Shown: positions 1-9,252, counted from the first letter of the stretch. The stretch is DNA of 64,000 nt from an uncultured Gammaproteobacteria bacterium (GCA_964392925.1 CAYMRP010000002.1:72759-136758), one strand, 5' to 3'. Program-made: numbers and translations. Notes: generated by a model not told the origin, from the sequence alone.

Positions 1-741
1 TTCAGTCACCATAATCATCGCCCCTCTTGGGCCCCTCAGCGTTTTATGTGTGGTAGTCATAATTACATCAGCATAAGGCGCGGGTGAAGGATGAGCGCCT
101 CCTACAATAAGTCCGGCAATATGCGAAACATCAGCCATTAAAATAGCTCCAACTTTATCCGCAATTTTTCTAAACTTCGCAAAATCAATTGTTCGGGGAT
201 ATGCGGTAAATCCGCAAATGAGTAAATCAGGCTTCTCTTCTAACACAGCTGCTTCAACTTCTTTATAATCCAGCTGCCCAGTTGTCATAGAAACTTTATA
301 GCTTGCAGTTTTAAAGAAAATTCCCGAGAATCCAACTTTAAGTCCATGAGTAATATGGCCACCCTGATCCAGTGCCAGTCCCATTAATTTTTGTCCTGGT
401 TTTAAAAGCCCCATTACAATTGCCGCATTAGCAGGAGATCCGGAATAAGGCTGAACATTAACATGCGCCACTCCAAATAATTTTTTCGCTAAATCCTGAG
501 CATAAATTTCAACAGTATCAACCACACCATTTCCCTGATAATAACGTCTCTTTGGATAACCTTCAGAATACTTATTGGTAAAAACCGAACCTAAAGTCTC
601 AATAACTGAGGCCGAAGTGTAATTCTCAGAAGCAATCATCTCAAGTACTTCTTTTTGACGAATTTGTTCTTTTTGGATAGCCTGATAGATTTTTGGAGAA
701 GATTTCTTTAAAGCGGTATAAGCGAAGCCTGTTTTAGCCAT
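1..741 (-). CDS. glyA: Serine hydroxymethyltransferase (3' end outside window)
   Basis: Manual translation MAKTGFAY...LEMIASEN...TNKYSEGYPKRRYYQG...NVQPYSGS...ADVSHIAGL...TTTHKTLRGPRG; not in ORF track. Confidence 0.96.
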   Translation of the reverse strand, partial: MAKTGFAYTALKKSSPKIYQAIQKEQIRQKEVLEMIASENYTSASVIETLGSVFTNKYSEGYPKRRYYQGNGVVDTVEIYAQDLAKKLFGVAHVNVQPYSGSPANAAIVMGLLKPGQKLMGLALDQGGHITHGLKVGFSGIFFKTASYKVSMTTGQLDYKEVEAAVLEEKPDLLICGFTAYPRTIDFAKFRKIADKVGAILMADVSHIAGLIVGGAHPSPAPYADVIMTTTHKTLRGPRGAMIMVTE

Positions 742-780
742 CTGGCATCCCATAGAATACCTCGGTTAAGTGTTAGTGTC

Positions 781-965
781 AATATATAAATAGTATATCG
801 AGCTTCAGAAACAAAGCGCGTCAACGATGAGGATTTGTCTATCAGGGGAAGTGCGGATTCTGCAAAGCAGATATCCGAAGGGGTCAATCCCCGATCAGAC
901 AAATCCAAGGAGTAGCGCGACTTTCCAAGCGAGAGAGTTTTGGTACTTTTGCTCTCAAAAGTACA
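781..965. repeat. REP-like intergenic element carrying a nested hairpin insertion
   Basis: Homologous to 16341-16425; GGATTTGTCT/AGACAAATCC inverted repeat between AGCGCG direct repeats. Confidence 0.7.
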
Positions 966-974
966 AAGAATTAA

Positions 975-2594
975 TTAAGAATTAAAGATTTCCGCTGCCA
1001 TCCTCACTATCTCATCATCCTGCGCCACTTCCACATTAGCCAGTTCCGATGACTTCATATCTCTTTTTCCGATAACTGTTGTCACTTTAACCGACTTTCC
1101 TAAAACATCCGCTAGAACAGACTCCAAAAGCGTCCTTGATTTAGGAGCCTCCAAGATTCTTTGATGGAAAGAATAAGGCACTTCCAAAACCACATTCACC
1201 CCATCACAATTTTTAACTTTAGTCTGACGTAGCAAAGCTTCCAGGGAAAAGTTATAAGGCTTAATAGTCTCAAGAATATAAGTCCATTTATCAGTAATAA
1301 CAATCACGTCATCCGAAGCCTGCATATTCTCTATACTTGGCACAGCTTCGCCTGACGATGGAAGATCGATCATAGAAGATTGTTTTTCCAGGGTGGAAGA
1401 TAGAATTTCCCGAGTCAATCTTCCACTTTCCACCTTCATATTACTATCTTCCATTCTTCTACCCTCCATCCTCTGCGCTTCGCCTGATACACTCTTAATC
1501 ACCGCCACCTCCAGCGGCAATGATGAAATACTTGTATATTTAAGCTGTTCTAAACTCTTCTGAAAATTCTCCAAATATGAAATTAATTTCCCCTGCTCCA
1601 TCTTCTGGCCCAATCCTTCAAGAACCTCCCACCTCGCACTTCCGACTTCACCCTTTACCAATTCCCCCGCTCCATTCTTAAGAAGTAAGATCTGCCTTAA
1701 AGCTTTAAGAATCGAATTGGTAAATTCTTTAATATTGGCACCCTTTTCATTTAACTTTTGAATCACCATAAGTGCTTCTCCTCCGCTTCCTGAAACCAGT
1801 TTTTCAATTAAACCTGAAGTTTCAGAAAAATCATTAGCTTTCAAAAGTCCCCGAACCTCTTCAATACTTATATCTCCAGCTGACGAAACTTGATCAAGTA
1901 GTTTCACAGCATCTCTAAAACTGCCTTCTGAAATCTCCCCAATTAAACTTAAAATCTCATCAGATGTTTTAAGGCCTTCCTTCTCGCAAATATTCTTTAG
2001 AGCTGTTTTTACTTCATCCATCGAAGCCAACTTAAAATCAAATCTTTGAACCCGAGACAAAATAGTATTTGGCAGTTTTTGAACTTCTGTTGTCGCCAGT
2101 ATAAATAAAACATGGGCAGGAGGCTCTTCTAAGGTTTTCAAAAGCGCATTAAAAGCCTCGGTTGTTAACATATGCACCTCATCAATAATATAAACTTTCT
2201 TCTTCGCCGAAGACGGGGATAATTTTATCCTCTCTCTCAGTTCTCGAATATCATCAATACCTCGATTTGAAGCCGCATCTATCTCGATCAAATCCATATT
2301 GGATCCATCAGTAATAGAAATGCATGAATCACACTTATTGCAGGGTATTATCGGGCTTTCAGCTTGCGAATTTGCTGACGACTGATTACTGATAGCAGAA
2401 AGCTGAGCTTCACAATTCACAATCTTCGCCAAAATTCTGGCTGTGGAGGTTTTTCCGGACCCTCTTGGGCCAGTGAATAAATAAGCATGGCCTAATTTCC
2501 CGGTTTGGAATGCTGACAGGAGAGTCTTCTTAACATGGTCTTGGCCTATCAATTCTTCAAAATTTTGAGGTCGGTATTTGCGGTAGAAAACCAT
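975..2594 (-). CDS. dnaX: DNA polymerase III subunit gamma/tau
   Basis: YRKYRPQ, GPRGSGKTS, EIDAAS, IIDEVHML, NALLKTLEEPP motifs. Confidence 0.97.
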   Translation of the reverse strand: MVFYRKYRPQNFEELIGQDHVKKTLLSAFQTGKLGHAYLFTGPRGSGKTSTARILAKIVNCEAQLSAISNQSSANSQAESPIIPCNKCDSCISITDGSNMDLIEIDAASNRGIDDIRELRERIKLSPSSAKKKVYIIDEVHMLTTEAFNALLKTLEEPPAHVLFILATTEVQKLPNTILSRVQRFDFKLASMDEVKTALKNICEKEGLKTSDEILSLIGEISEGSFRDAVKLLDQVSSAGDISIEEVRGLLKANDFSETSGLIEKLVSGSGGEALMVIQKLNEKGANIKEFTNSILKALRQILLLKNGAGELVKGEVGSARWEVLEGLGQKMEQGKLISYLENFQKSLEQLKYTSISSLPLEVAVIKSVSGEAQRMEGRRMEDSNMKVESGRLTREILSSTLEKQSSMIDLPSSGEAVPSIENMQASDDVIVITDKWTYILETIKPYNFSLEALLRQTKVKNCDGVNVVLEVPYSFHQRILEAPKSRTLLESVLADVLGKSVKVTTVIGKRDMKSSELANVEVAQDDEIVRMAAEIFNS

Positions 2595-2599
2595 AGATG

Positions 2600-2680
2600 C
2601 TTAGTATTATGTATCAGGTATTAAGTATCAAGGGAGAGCAAATAATGCATACTACATGCTACTTAATACATAATACTCAA
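2600..2680. repeat. Inverted degenerate heptamer repeats (GTATTAT/ATAATAC type)
   Basis: gtattat gtatcag gtattaa gtatcaa ... actacat gctactt aatacat aatact. Confidence 0.6.
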
Positions 2681-2715
2681 AACAGATCATTAACAAAAGA
2701 CTTACAATGAATAAA

Positions 2716-3132
2716 TTAATCGTGATGGATACCTAACAAATGCCGGGTTCCGTGTTCAACCAAAAATCTCAACTCTTCTTCGACTGACACCCCCTCAATA
2801 GCTGCATCTTTAATTACTTGTGGATAAGAAATCATAATATCCCCTAGCTGTAAAACTTTATCTGGAGCTTTCACAAAACCAACCTTTGGAACATGCTGTA
2901 AACTCGCAGAAGCCGTTGGATCTTCCAGCGGAAAAGATAAAATATTAGTCGTCGCGTCTTGTCCGCGAAACTTCTTATTAATCTCATGCATCTGCTTATC
3001 ACCAACCACAGTAATTCCAATCTCTAAATTTCCCTGAATTCTGTGCTGCTTGAGAATATCTAAAACTGTAGCCTGAATACCAAGCTTGCTTATTGGATAT
3101 CGAGGATCGGAATTGACAACAATGTTAATCAT
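2716..3132 (-). CDS. ybeY: rRNA maturation endoribonuclease YbeY
   Basis: TNILSFP, LGDIMIS, HGTRHLLGIHH motifs. Confidence 0.93.
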   Translation of the reverse strand: MINIVVNSDPRYPISKLGIQATVLDILKQHRIQGNLEIGITVVGDKQMHEINKKFRGQDATTNILSFPLEDPTASASLQHVPKVGFVKAPDKVLQLGDIMISYPQVIKDAAIEGVSVEEELRFLVEHGTRHLLGIHHD

Positions 3133-3155
3133 TTAAATCTACTAACGCGGAACTA

Positions 3156-3599
3156 TTACGCAGACAATCTCTCCTTAACTAAAGAACTGACTCTGGCTCC
3201 TTCAACTTTTTGCCCTACTTGACCCATCACCATACCTATAACTTTACCCATATCACCCATCGACGAAGCACCTGTTTTAGTTATAGACTCATCAACAATT
3301 TTAGTCAACTCCTCATCTGAAATCTGTTCTGGCAGGTAAGTTTCAAGTATCGCCAGCTCCGCTTCTTCTTTAACCGCTAGGTCTTCACGATCTCCAGCTT
3401 TATAGCTAGTGATTGATTCTTTACGCTGTTTTACAGCTTTTTGGATTACCGAAATAATATCTTCGTCAGATAAAGTTTCCACTTTTTTAGCTACTTTTGC
3501 ATAAGTCAGCTCAGACAAAAGCAGTCTCAATGTTGAAACTTTGACCTCATCTTTTGAGATCATTGCAGATTTTAAATCTTCACGAAGTTTTTGTTCCAT
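3156..3599 (-). CDS. yqeY: GatB/YqeY domain protein
   Basis: KQRKESI..Y..GDREDL..KE..EL.IL..YLP; DMGKVIG. Confidence 0.92.
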   Translation of the reverse strand: MEQKLREDLKSAMISKDEVKVSTLRLLLSELTYAKVAKKVETLSDEDIISVIQKAVKQRKESITSYKAGDREDLAVKEEAELAILETYLPEQISDEELTKIVDESITKTGASSMGDMGKVIGMVMGQVGQKVEGARVSSLVKERLSA

Positions 3600-3602
3600 T
3601 AA

Positions 3603-3806
3603 TTAGTCGTTGGCCATTCTTTTAGCTCTTCTAATTTTTCTTGCCCTTTCGGCCAAGCGTTCTTTTCGTTTTTCAGAATTCTTTTTATGGAACATCATGT
3701 CCCGGTATTCCTGAACAACTTTATCCATAACAACTCTTTTTTGAAATTTTCTTATAACAGAATCTGAACTATCGTTCGGTCCTGCTTTAACAATAATTGA
3801 TGACAT
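3603..3806 (-). CDS. rpsU: 30S ribosomal protein S21
   Basis: Small basic protein, IRKFQKRV motif, adjacent to yqeY. Confidence 0.85.
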   Translation of the reverse strand: MSSIIVKAGPNDSSDSVIRKFQKRVVMDKVVQEYRDMMFHKKNSEKRKERLAERARKIRRAKRMAND

Positions 3807-3824
3807 AATAATGTGAATTTAGAA

Positions 3825-3862
3825 TTTCTATATACTTTTCGAGCATAGCGCGAAAATACAAA
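3825..3862. repeat. REP-like palindrome (TTTTCGA..AG.G.GAAAATAC family)
   Basis: ttttcgagcatagcgcgaaaatac, similar to 14900-14925 and 42890-42914. Confidence 0.55.
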
Positions 3863-3920
3863 AATCCTAAACTATTAAAAACACCTCCTTTTCTTAAGGT
3901 TAATATTATACTACAAATCT

Positions 3921-3950
3921 TCATTCCTGCGAAGGAAGGAATCCAATAAA
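3921..3950. repeat. REP-like palindrome (TCATTCC.GCGAAGG..GGAATCCA family)
   Basis: Near-identical to 13590-13619. Confidence 0.65.
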
Positions 3951-3963
3951 CAATCAGAGAAAT

Positions 3964-4392
3964 TTAAGGATTTTTAGGTTGAATTCGCTGCTGAAGACCA
4001 GAAACCACAGAACCTAATAGATGCTCTGGAACCCCATTTACAATTCTATTTACAGCCTCGCTAGTCCTTAAAGTATCAATTTCGCCAATCATAGCACCAA
4101 AACTTGTGTAAGCTAATCTCCCCAATGGAGTTGAGGTAACAAGATTATGAGTTCCTGAGCCCGTCCTCTCCAAATCCACTAAACCCGTAAGCGTTAAACC
4201 TTTAACAATTTTATCAACAACACTCCGTGGCATTTTGTCAGCATCATGAAAATTCCTTAGGTCATCCGCTAATTCAGGATAAGTACGGCCTTCAGGAGAC
4301 AGGACCACACTCCCCAAAACCACACGACTTTCGTCATGCATTAAGTGAGACACAATATTTTTAGTATCGTTATCTAATTTTCTTTCAGGCAT
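3964..4392 (-). CDS. Hypothetical protein, possible winged helix
   Basis: 142-aa ORF; ELA...L...GLV...T.LG pattern resembles wHTH. Confidence 0.6.
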   Translation of the reverse strand: MPERKLDNDTKNIVSHLMHDESRVVLGSVVLSPEGRTYPELADDLRNFHDADKMPRSVVDKIVKGLTLTGLVDLERTGSGTHNLVTSTPLGRLAYTSFGAMIGEIDTLRTSEAVNRIVNGVPEHLLGSVVSGLQQRIQPKNP

Positions 4393-4415
4393 ATGAAAAG
4401 GCAGGAATGTGCAGA

Positions 4416-5507
4416 TTACTTAACAATTGTTTTGAGCAGATTTAAAGTTTTTGTCTGTCTTAACGCATGTCTCAAATGCATTCTAGGCTCCTGTTGGGTA
4501 AATTGCTGTTTAACTTTATTATCTTGAATTTTATCAACTTCAGCCTGTAATTCTTCATCATTAATATTTACATTTTCCTGACGGGCAATCTCAGATAATC
4601 CAAGTTCCATTCTAACGTTTCTCTCAGCCTGTGGTCTCCATTCAGCTTTCAATTGCTCAACAGTTTTCTTCTGACCTTTAAGGTATTCCTCCATTAAAAG
4701 TCCGCGGTCTGAAACATTTCTTTGTAAAGAAAGAAGCATCCGGGCGAGTTCATCCTGAATCAAAACCTCCGGAATATCTACATTTGTAATTTTCTCAACT
4801 TCCTGCAAAATTGATTCTTCATAATCAAGTTCATTATTATATTTAGCCTCAGCTTCTAAATCTGTTTTAATTTTAGTTTTAAGTTCAGCTAAAGTATTTG
4901 CCCCCATAGCCTTGGCAAAATCATCGTTAGGAGCGGTTGGTACTGCACCTGTCTGAGCTGTTGCTGGTTGTGCAGGCTGATTAAACGACATCGAACCCCC
5001 TGCTCCAGCTGGACCCTGAACCTGAGTATTTGCAGCCTGAACAGGCTGCGCCGCCTTCCATCTTTCAAATAAATCAGCCAATATTTTATCAACTTCAGCA
5101 TCATCAGCTAATTTAATTTGAGGCCGTTTGGCATTAACAATTTTATAATTTCCGACTTTAACTTCTGGTTTAACTGTGACCCGGGCTGTAAATTTTAATT
5201 CTCCGCCTTTTTGAAAAGCAGTCACATTATATTGAGGATAATCAATTGGCACATAAGTAGAACCCTGAAGAGCTTCTATCAAAGCCGCAGGCATAATCTG
5301 TTTTAAAGCTTCCTGCTGAACTTGAGGCAAAATTCTTGGCTCAACAATATTTATTGGAGCCTGACCTTTTCTGAATCCTGGTAATTCTACTTCAGCAGCC
5401 GCTTTGTTAAAAACTTCATCCCATTTTGCCTGCATATCACTCCAGGCCATAGTGACTTGAATGTCGATTTGTGATTTAGGTAGTTTGACGATATTTTTAG
5501 TTAACAT
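4416..5507 (-). CDS. tig: Trigger factor lacking the FKBP PPIase domain
   Basis: LPGFRKGQAP signature and C-terminal chaperone domain; central region is a Q/A/P/G linker. Confidence 0.92.
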   Translation of the reverse strand: MLTKNIVKLPKSQIDIQVTMAWSDMQAKWDEVFNKAAAEVELPGFRKGQAPINIVEPRILPQVQQEALKQIMPAALIEALQGSTYVPIDYPQYNVTAFQKGGELKFTARVTVKPEVKVGNYKIVNAKRPQIKLADDAEVDKILADLFERWKAAQPVQAANTQVQGPAGAGGSMSFNQPAQPATAQTGAVPTAPNDDFAKAMGANTLAELKTKIKTDLEAEAKYNNELDYEESILQEVEKITNVDIPEVLIQDELARMLLSLQRNVSDRGLLMEEYLKGQKKTVEQLKAEWRPQAERNVRMELGLSEIARQENVNINDEELQAEVDKIQDNKVKQQFTQQEPRMHLRHALRQTKTLNLLKTIVK

Positions 5508-5555
5508 AACTTGAGTAATTTAACAGAAAACGGGTACAGAATCAATGTTGTCTGA

Positions 5556-5750
5556 CTATTTAGAGCTATCAAAAACAATTTTCATTCTTGTAGCTCGAAA
5601 AGTCGCATCAGAAACAGAGACAACAGGTGTCTCAGGTGGAGACAATCTTTTTGTCTCTCTCAACATCTTTTTAGCTTCTTCGAGCGACATATCTCTATCA
5701 GCACTAACAAAGAATGTAGCAGGACCAGCAGGTAGTTTATCTTTAGACAT
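5556..5750 (-). CDS. Hypothetical small protein
   Basis: ATG ORF preceded by TTGACT...TATACT promoter-like sequence. Confidence 0.5.
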   Translation of the reverse strand: MSKDKLPAGPATFFVSADRDMSLEEAKKMLRETKRLSPPETPVVSVSDATFRATRMKIVFDSSK

Positions 5751-5831
5751 ATGGACTTATAGTATACTTATTTGGTCTAAAAGTCAAATGGATCCGTGTC
5801 GGCAAGTATCTGATTAAATTGAAGTACTAGC

Positions 5832-6092
5832 CTAGTAGCCTAAACCTTTTTGATTTATTGTAGTGGAATTGTCCTTCTGAACTAGCTCACTGTTGTTAAC
5901 AGTTACGGCTTCTTGAGGTGAAACAGAATTTGCTTGTTCAGCAGGATTCTTCCCGCCTAATGCGTATTCTTGATCAGCCCTAGCTTTTAAATGTATCCGC
6001 TCAAGAACAACATCCACAAATCTTCTAAAAAAATTATCTCTCCTCTGAGACTCCGGCTGAGGCACTGGTGCTGTATTTATAGCGGCTTCCAT
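5832..6092 (-). CDS. Hypothetical protein
   Basis: Starts 1 nt after the proS stop. Confidence 0.55.
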   Translation of the reverse strand: MEAAINTAPVPQPESQRRDNFFRRFVDVVLERIHLKARADQEYALGGKNPAEQANSVSPQEAVTVNNSELVQKDNSTTINQKGLGY

Positions 6093-6093
6093 A

Positions 6094-7785
6094 TTATTCT
6101 TTCTTATTGTCTGCGATTACCTCCTCGATAGTCAAGAATTCTGTTTCCCCATCTCTCTTTTTAACTTCAATTTTATCTGTTGTTTTCTTTGAAACCACAA
6201 TTCTGGTATAAATTCCAATCAAATCCGCATCCGCAAATTTCTCCCCAGCTCTTAAATTCCGGTCATCATACAAAACCTCAACTCCAGCTGCTAAAAGCCG
6301 GTTATATACTTCCTCAACTCTAGCTTTAACCGCTTCATCCTCTAAATCTAACCCTACTAAATGAACCTGAAACGGCGACACAGCCTTAGGCCAAATAATC
6401 CCTTTGGCATCATTCATAGTTTCAACTATCGTTGCCAAAGTTCTGCCTAGCCCAATACCATAACAACCCATATAATATGGCTGAGGCTGACCATCTTTAT
6501 CGATATACGAAGCTCCATCCATTTTCGAAGAATAATGCACCCCTAGTTGAAATATATTCCCAACCTCGATACCTTTTTTAGCAACTAAAGGATGTCCGTT
6601 TGGACCAATATCACCTTCATGAGCAATCGCAAAATCATAAAACTCGTGAGGTAAAGGTATATCTCTACCAAAATTAACATTTACACTATGATAATTAGTC
6701 TTATTCGCTCCCATCTCAAAATTCGTCCGGTTTGCAGTCGTTATATCAAAAAACTGTCTAACTTCCGCAGGCAAATTTATCATTCCGGCATACCCGACTT
6801 CTGCCCCAGTCACTCTCTTAACAGTTTCTGCTGAGGCCAAATTTAGCTGGTATGCCCCAACTACTTTCATCAATTTAGCCTCATTAATCTCATAACCTCC
6901 TCTAATAGCCGCAGCTATAACTTCGCCTTTTTCAGTTTCAAATAAAATCGTTTTTGTGGTAATTCCGACTGGAATCTTTAAAAATTTTGCTAACTCCTCA
7001 ACCCCAATAATCCCCACTCCTTCAACATCCTCCATCGGTTTAAGCTCTGCATCACTCTCTACTTTTGCCGGAGTAAATCTGGCTACATCTTCGTGAGCTG
7101 AATACCCTTTTTCATCAGTCAAAAATCGCGATTCCCCAGCTTCCGACTCCACAACAAATTCATGGCAATAATCTCCGCCAATATACCCGTTATCCGATTC
7201 AACAATATGAGTTTTAAGCCCCATTCGCTCGAAAATCTTTGTATAAGTCTGTTCCATATTTTTATATTCCAGTTTGAAATCCTCTTCAGTCGTATGGAAC
7301 GAGTAAGCATCTTTCATCACAAACTCCCGCACCCTGAGCAATCCGCCGCGTGCTCTCATTTCATCTCTAAATTTTGTTGAGAATTGATATAGGTTAAATG
7401 GTAAATCCCGATAACTAATTTGAAATTTTCGCACTAAATCTACCAACATCTCTTCCGCGGTTCCGCCTAAAACAAATTCAAACTCACTCCTATCTTTTAT
7501 CGACATCAACTCAAAGCCGACTGAATTAGATCTGTTTGTCTCGTCCCATAAAGATTTAGGATGTAAAACCGGCGTAATCATCTCCTGACCGCCTGCCTTA
7601 TCCATTTCCTCTTTAATGATTCTTTGAATCTTATGAAAAACCCTTATCCCCAAAGGTAAAAGATAATATCTCCCGGCTGTCGATTCACGGATATAGCCCG
7701 CCTGATAAAGTAATTTATGCGAAGCCAGAGTCGCCCCCTGCGGAGTCTGTTTTATTGTTTTTGGAAATAATTTTGAATATTTCAT
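6094..7785 (-). CDS. proS: Proline--tRNA ligase
   Basis: KFRDEMRARGGLLRVREFVMKDAYSF, editing insertion domain, GIEVGNIFQLG, MGCYGIG. Confidence 0.97.
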   Translation of the reverse strand: MKYSKLFPKTIKQTPQGATLASHKLLYQAGYIRESTAGRYYLLPLGIRVFHKIQRIIKEEMDKAGGQEMITPVLHPKSLWDETNRSNSVGFELMSIKDRSEFEFVLGGTAEEMLVDLVRKFQISYRDLPFNLYQFSTKFRDEMRARGGLLRVREFVMKDAYSFHTTEEDFKLEYKNMEQTYTKIFERMGLKTHIVESDNGYIGGDYCHEFVVESEAGESRFLTDEKGYSAHEDVARFTPAKVESDAELKPMEDVEGVGIIGVEELAKFLKIPVGITTKTILFETEKGEVIAAAIRGGYEINEAKLMKVVGAYQLNLASAETVKRVTGAEVGYAGMINLPAEVRQFFDITTANRTNFEMGANKTNYHSVNVNFGRDIPLPHEFYDFAIAHEGDIGPNGHPLVAKKGIEVGNIFQLGVHYSSKMDGASYIDKDGQPQPYYMGCYGIGLGRTLATIVETMNDAKGIIWPKAVSPFQVHLVGLDLEDEAVKARVEEVYNRLLAAGVEVLYDDRNLRAGEKFADADLIGIYTRIVVSKKTTDKIEVKKRDGETEFLTIEEVIADNKKE

Positions 7786-7802
7786 ATTATGTTTTAAGCA
7801 CT

Positions 7803-7985
7803 AAAAAACCTCATCTTTGCCCATCAGAAACATCTGATAAACAAGGACGAGGCTTCTCGTGGTACCACCTTGATTTTATACTTGATTGGTAGTGTTTACG
7901 TTACAAACGGGAATGCTTATCGCACCCAGCCTGCCCCGCGTAGCTTAGCGAAGTGGGGCGAAAGAGCAGGAAACTCCTTCACAGC
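7803..7985 (-). promoter_or_regulatory. T-box riboswitch (Pro) upstream of proS
   Basis: Minus strand AAGGTGGTACCACG antiterminator, CCTCGTCCTTG...CAAAGATGAGGTTTTTT terminator, CCT codon in a short stem I loop. Confidence 0.9.
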
Positions 7986-8025
7986 TTTGAAAAAAGTATA
8001 CTTGGTTTATCAAGCTAAGTAAAGA

Positions 8026-9165
8026 TTAGAAAATTAGCTTCCGGATATCAGAAATTGTAATCAGCATAATTAAGCTCAAAAGGACTAACAATCCAATCGT
8101 ATGAACATATTTCTCAACCACCGCATGAGTCTTTTTACGAGTTATTCCTTCGATTACTAAGAAAAATAGCCTTCCCCCATCAAGCCCAGGGAATGGTAAA
8201 ACATTCACAACCGCTAAATTTAAAGACAGAGCTGCAACGAAATCTAAATAAGGAATCACCGGATTCTTCACCGATAGAATTTGCGCCACCACTGATGTTA
8301 TCCCCACAGGTCCGGCAACCGCATTCGACACAGGCGCAATATCTTTTTCCTTAAACGAATACCCAATCGTCTCACCTAGTATTTTCCCTGAATATGCCAT
8401 TAAGTTGTAGCTATGAATTGGCCCGGCAAATAATTTCTGCATAGGTGTTTCATAATTTAAATTAACAGTTTTTAAGCCTCCTAATGAAACCCCTAAGGCT
8501 CCCTGTCCTGCTGGAGGATTCTCTCTTGGTATAAGTGTAACCTCACGGCTATTATTACCCTGGATATCAGTAATAGTTAATTTGACCTCTTTCCCTGCAT
8601 TAGCTTTAATCTCCGATACAAATTGATCAGCATCCGTCACAACACTCCCGTTAAACGCTGTTATCCTATCTCCTTCAGTCAATCCTGATTGCTGAGCCGG
8701 CGAACCTTCGGCAATATTTCCCACAATAATTGCTGTGTCAGTCGTCTGGTTTACTCCCACGAATTTATAATCAGAGAGAAGCGGTAATTGAGTTTTAAAT
8801 CCTTGAGCTCCCAGAACTATATAAAAAAGCACCCAGGCTAAAAGTAGATTCATTACCACACCTGCAATAACTACAGTAATTCTTTTCCAAATTGCCGCTT
8901 TAGCAAACGATCTTTTATCATCAAGAACGCTTTTATCGGACTCGTCTTCCCCTAATAACCTAACAAATCCTCCAAAAGGCAGCCAATTAAGGCTCCAAAT
9001 AGTCTCTCCAATCTTCTTCCCCCAAGCTCTTGGCGGAATTCCAAATCCGAATTCTAAAACTTTAATATTGAATTTTTTGGCTGCAAAAAAATGCCCAAGC
9101 TCGTGAATAACAACTAAGATTAATAGAGTGACAATGAAGACAAAAATTACAAAAGCTAAAAACAT
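8026..9165 (-). CDS. rseP: RIP/site-2 metalloprotease with PDZ domain
   Basis: HELGH, PFGGFV, PDZ, NVLPFPGLDGG. Confidence 0.93.
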   Translation of the reverse strand: MFLAFVIFVFIVTLLILVVIHELGHFFAAKKFNIKVLEFGFGIPPRAWGKKIGETIWSLNWLPFGGFVRLLGEDESDKSVLDDKRSFAKAAIWKRITVVIAGVVMNLLLAWVLFYIVLGAQGFKTQLPLLSDYKFVGVNQTTDTAIIVGNIAEGSPAQQSGLTEGDRITAFNGSVVTDADQFVSEIKANAGKEVKLTITDIQGNNSREVTLIPRENPPAGQGALGVSLGGLKTVNLNYETPMQKLFAGPIHSYNLMAYSGKILGETIGYSFKEKDIAPVSNAVAGPVGITSVVAQILSVKNPVIPYLDFVAALSLNLAVVNVLPFPGLDGGRLFFLVIEGITRKKTHAVVEKYVHTIGLLVLLSLIMLITISDIRKLIF

Positions 9166-9171
9166 AAATTA

Positions 9172-9250
9172 AGTACTAGCTCAACAGTCTAGTGACAAGT
9201 TATTGTAGCAGATTTATTTCTAGACTCCAGACTCTTGTCCCTAGAAACTC
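9172..9250. repeat. Inverted heptamer repeat element (CTAGACT/CTTGTC family)
   Basis: gtctagtgacaag ... ctagactccagactcttgtccctag; same vocabulary as the insert in thyA. Confidence 0.5.
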
Positions 9251-9252
9251 AC

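Noticed and set aside
708-908. 66-aa ORF upstream of glyA
   Set aside because: Runs through a palindromic repeat and overlaps the glyA start; likely spurious
745-970. ZMP/ZTP, THF or glycine riboswitch before glyA
   Set aside because: No recognisable consensus; the structure is explained by a repeat also found at 16341
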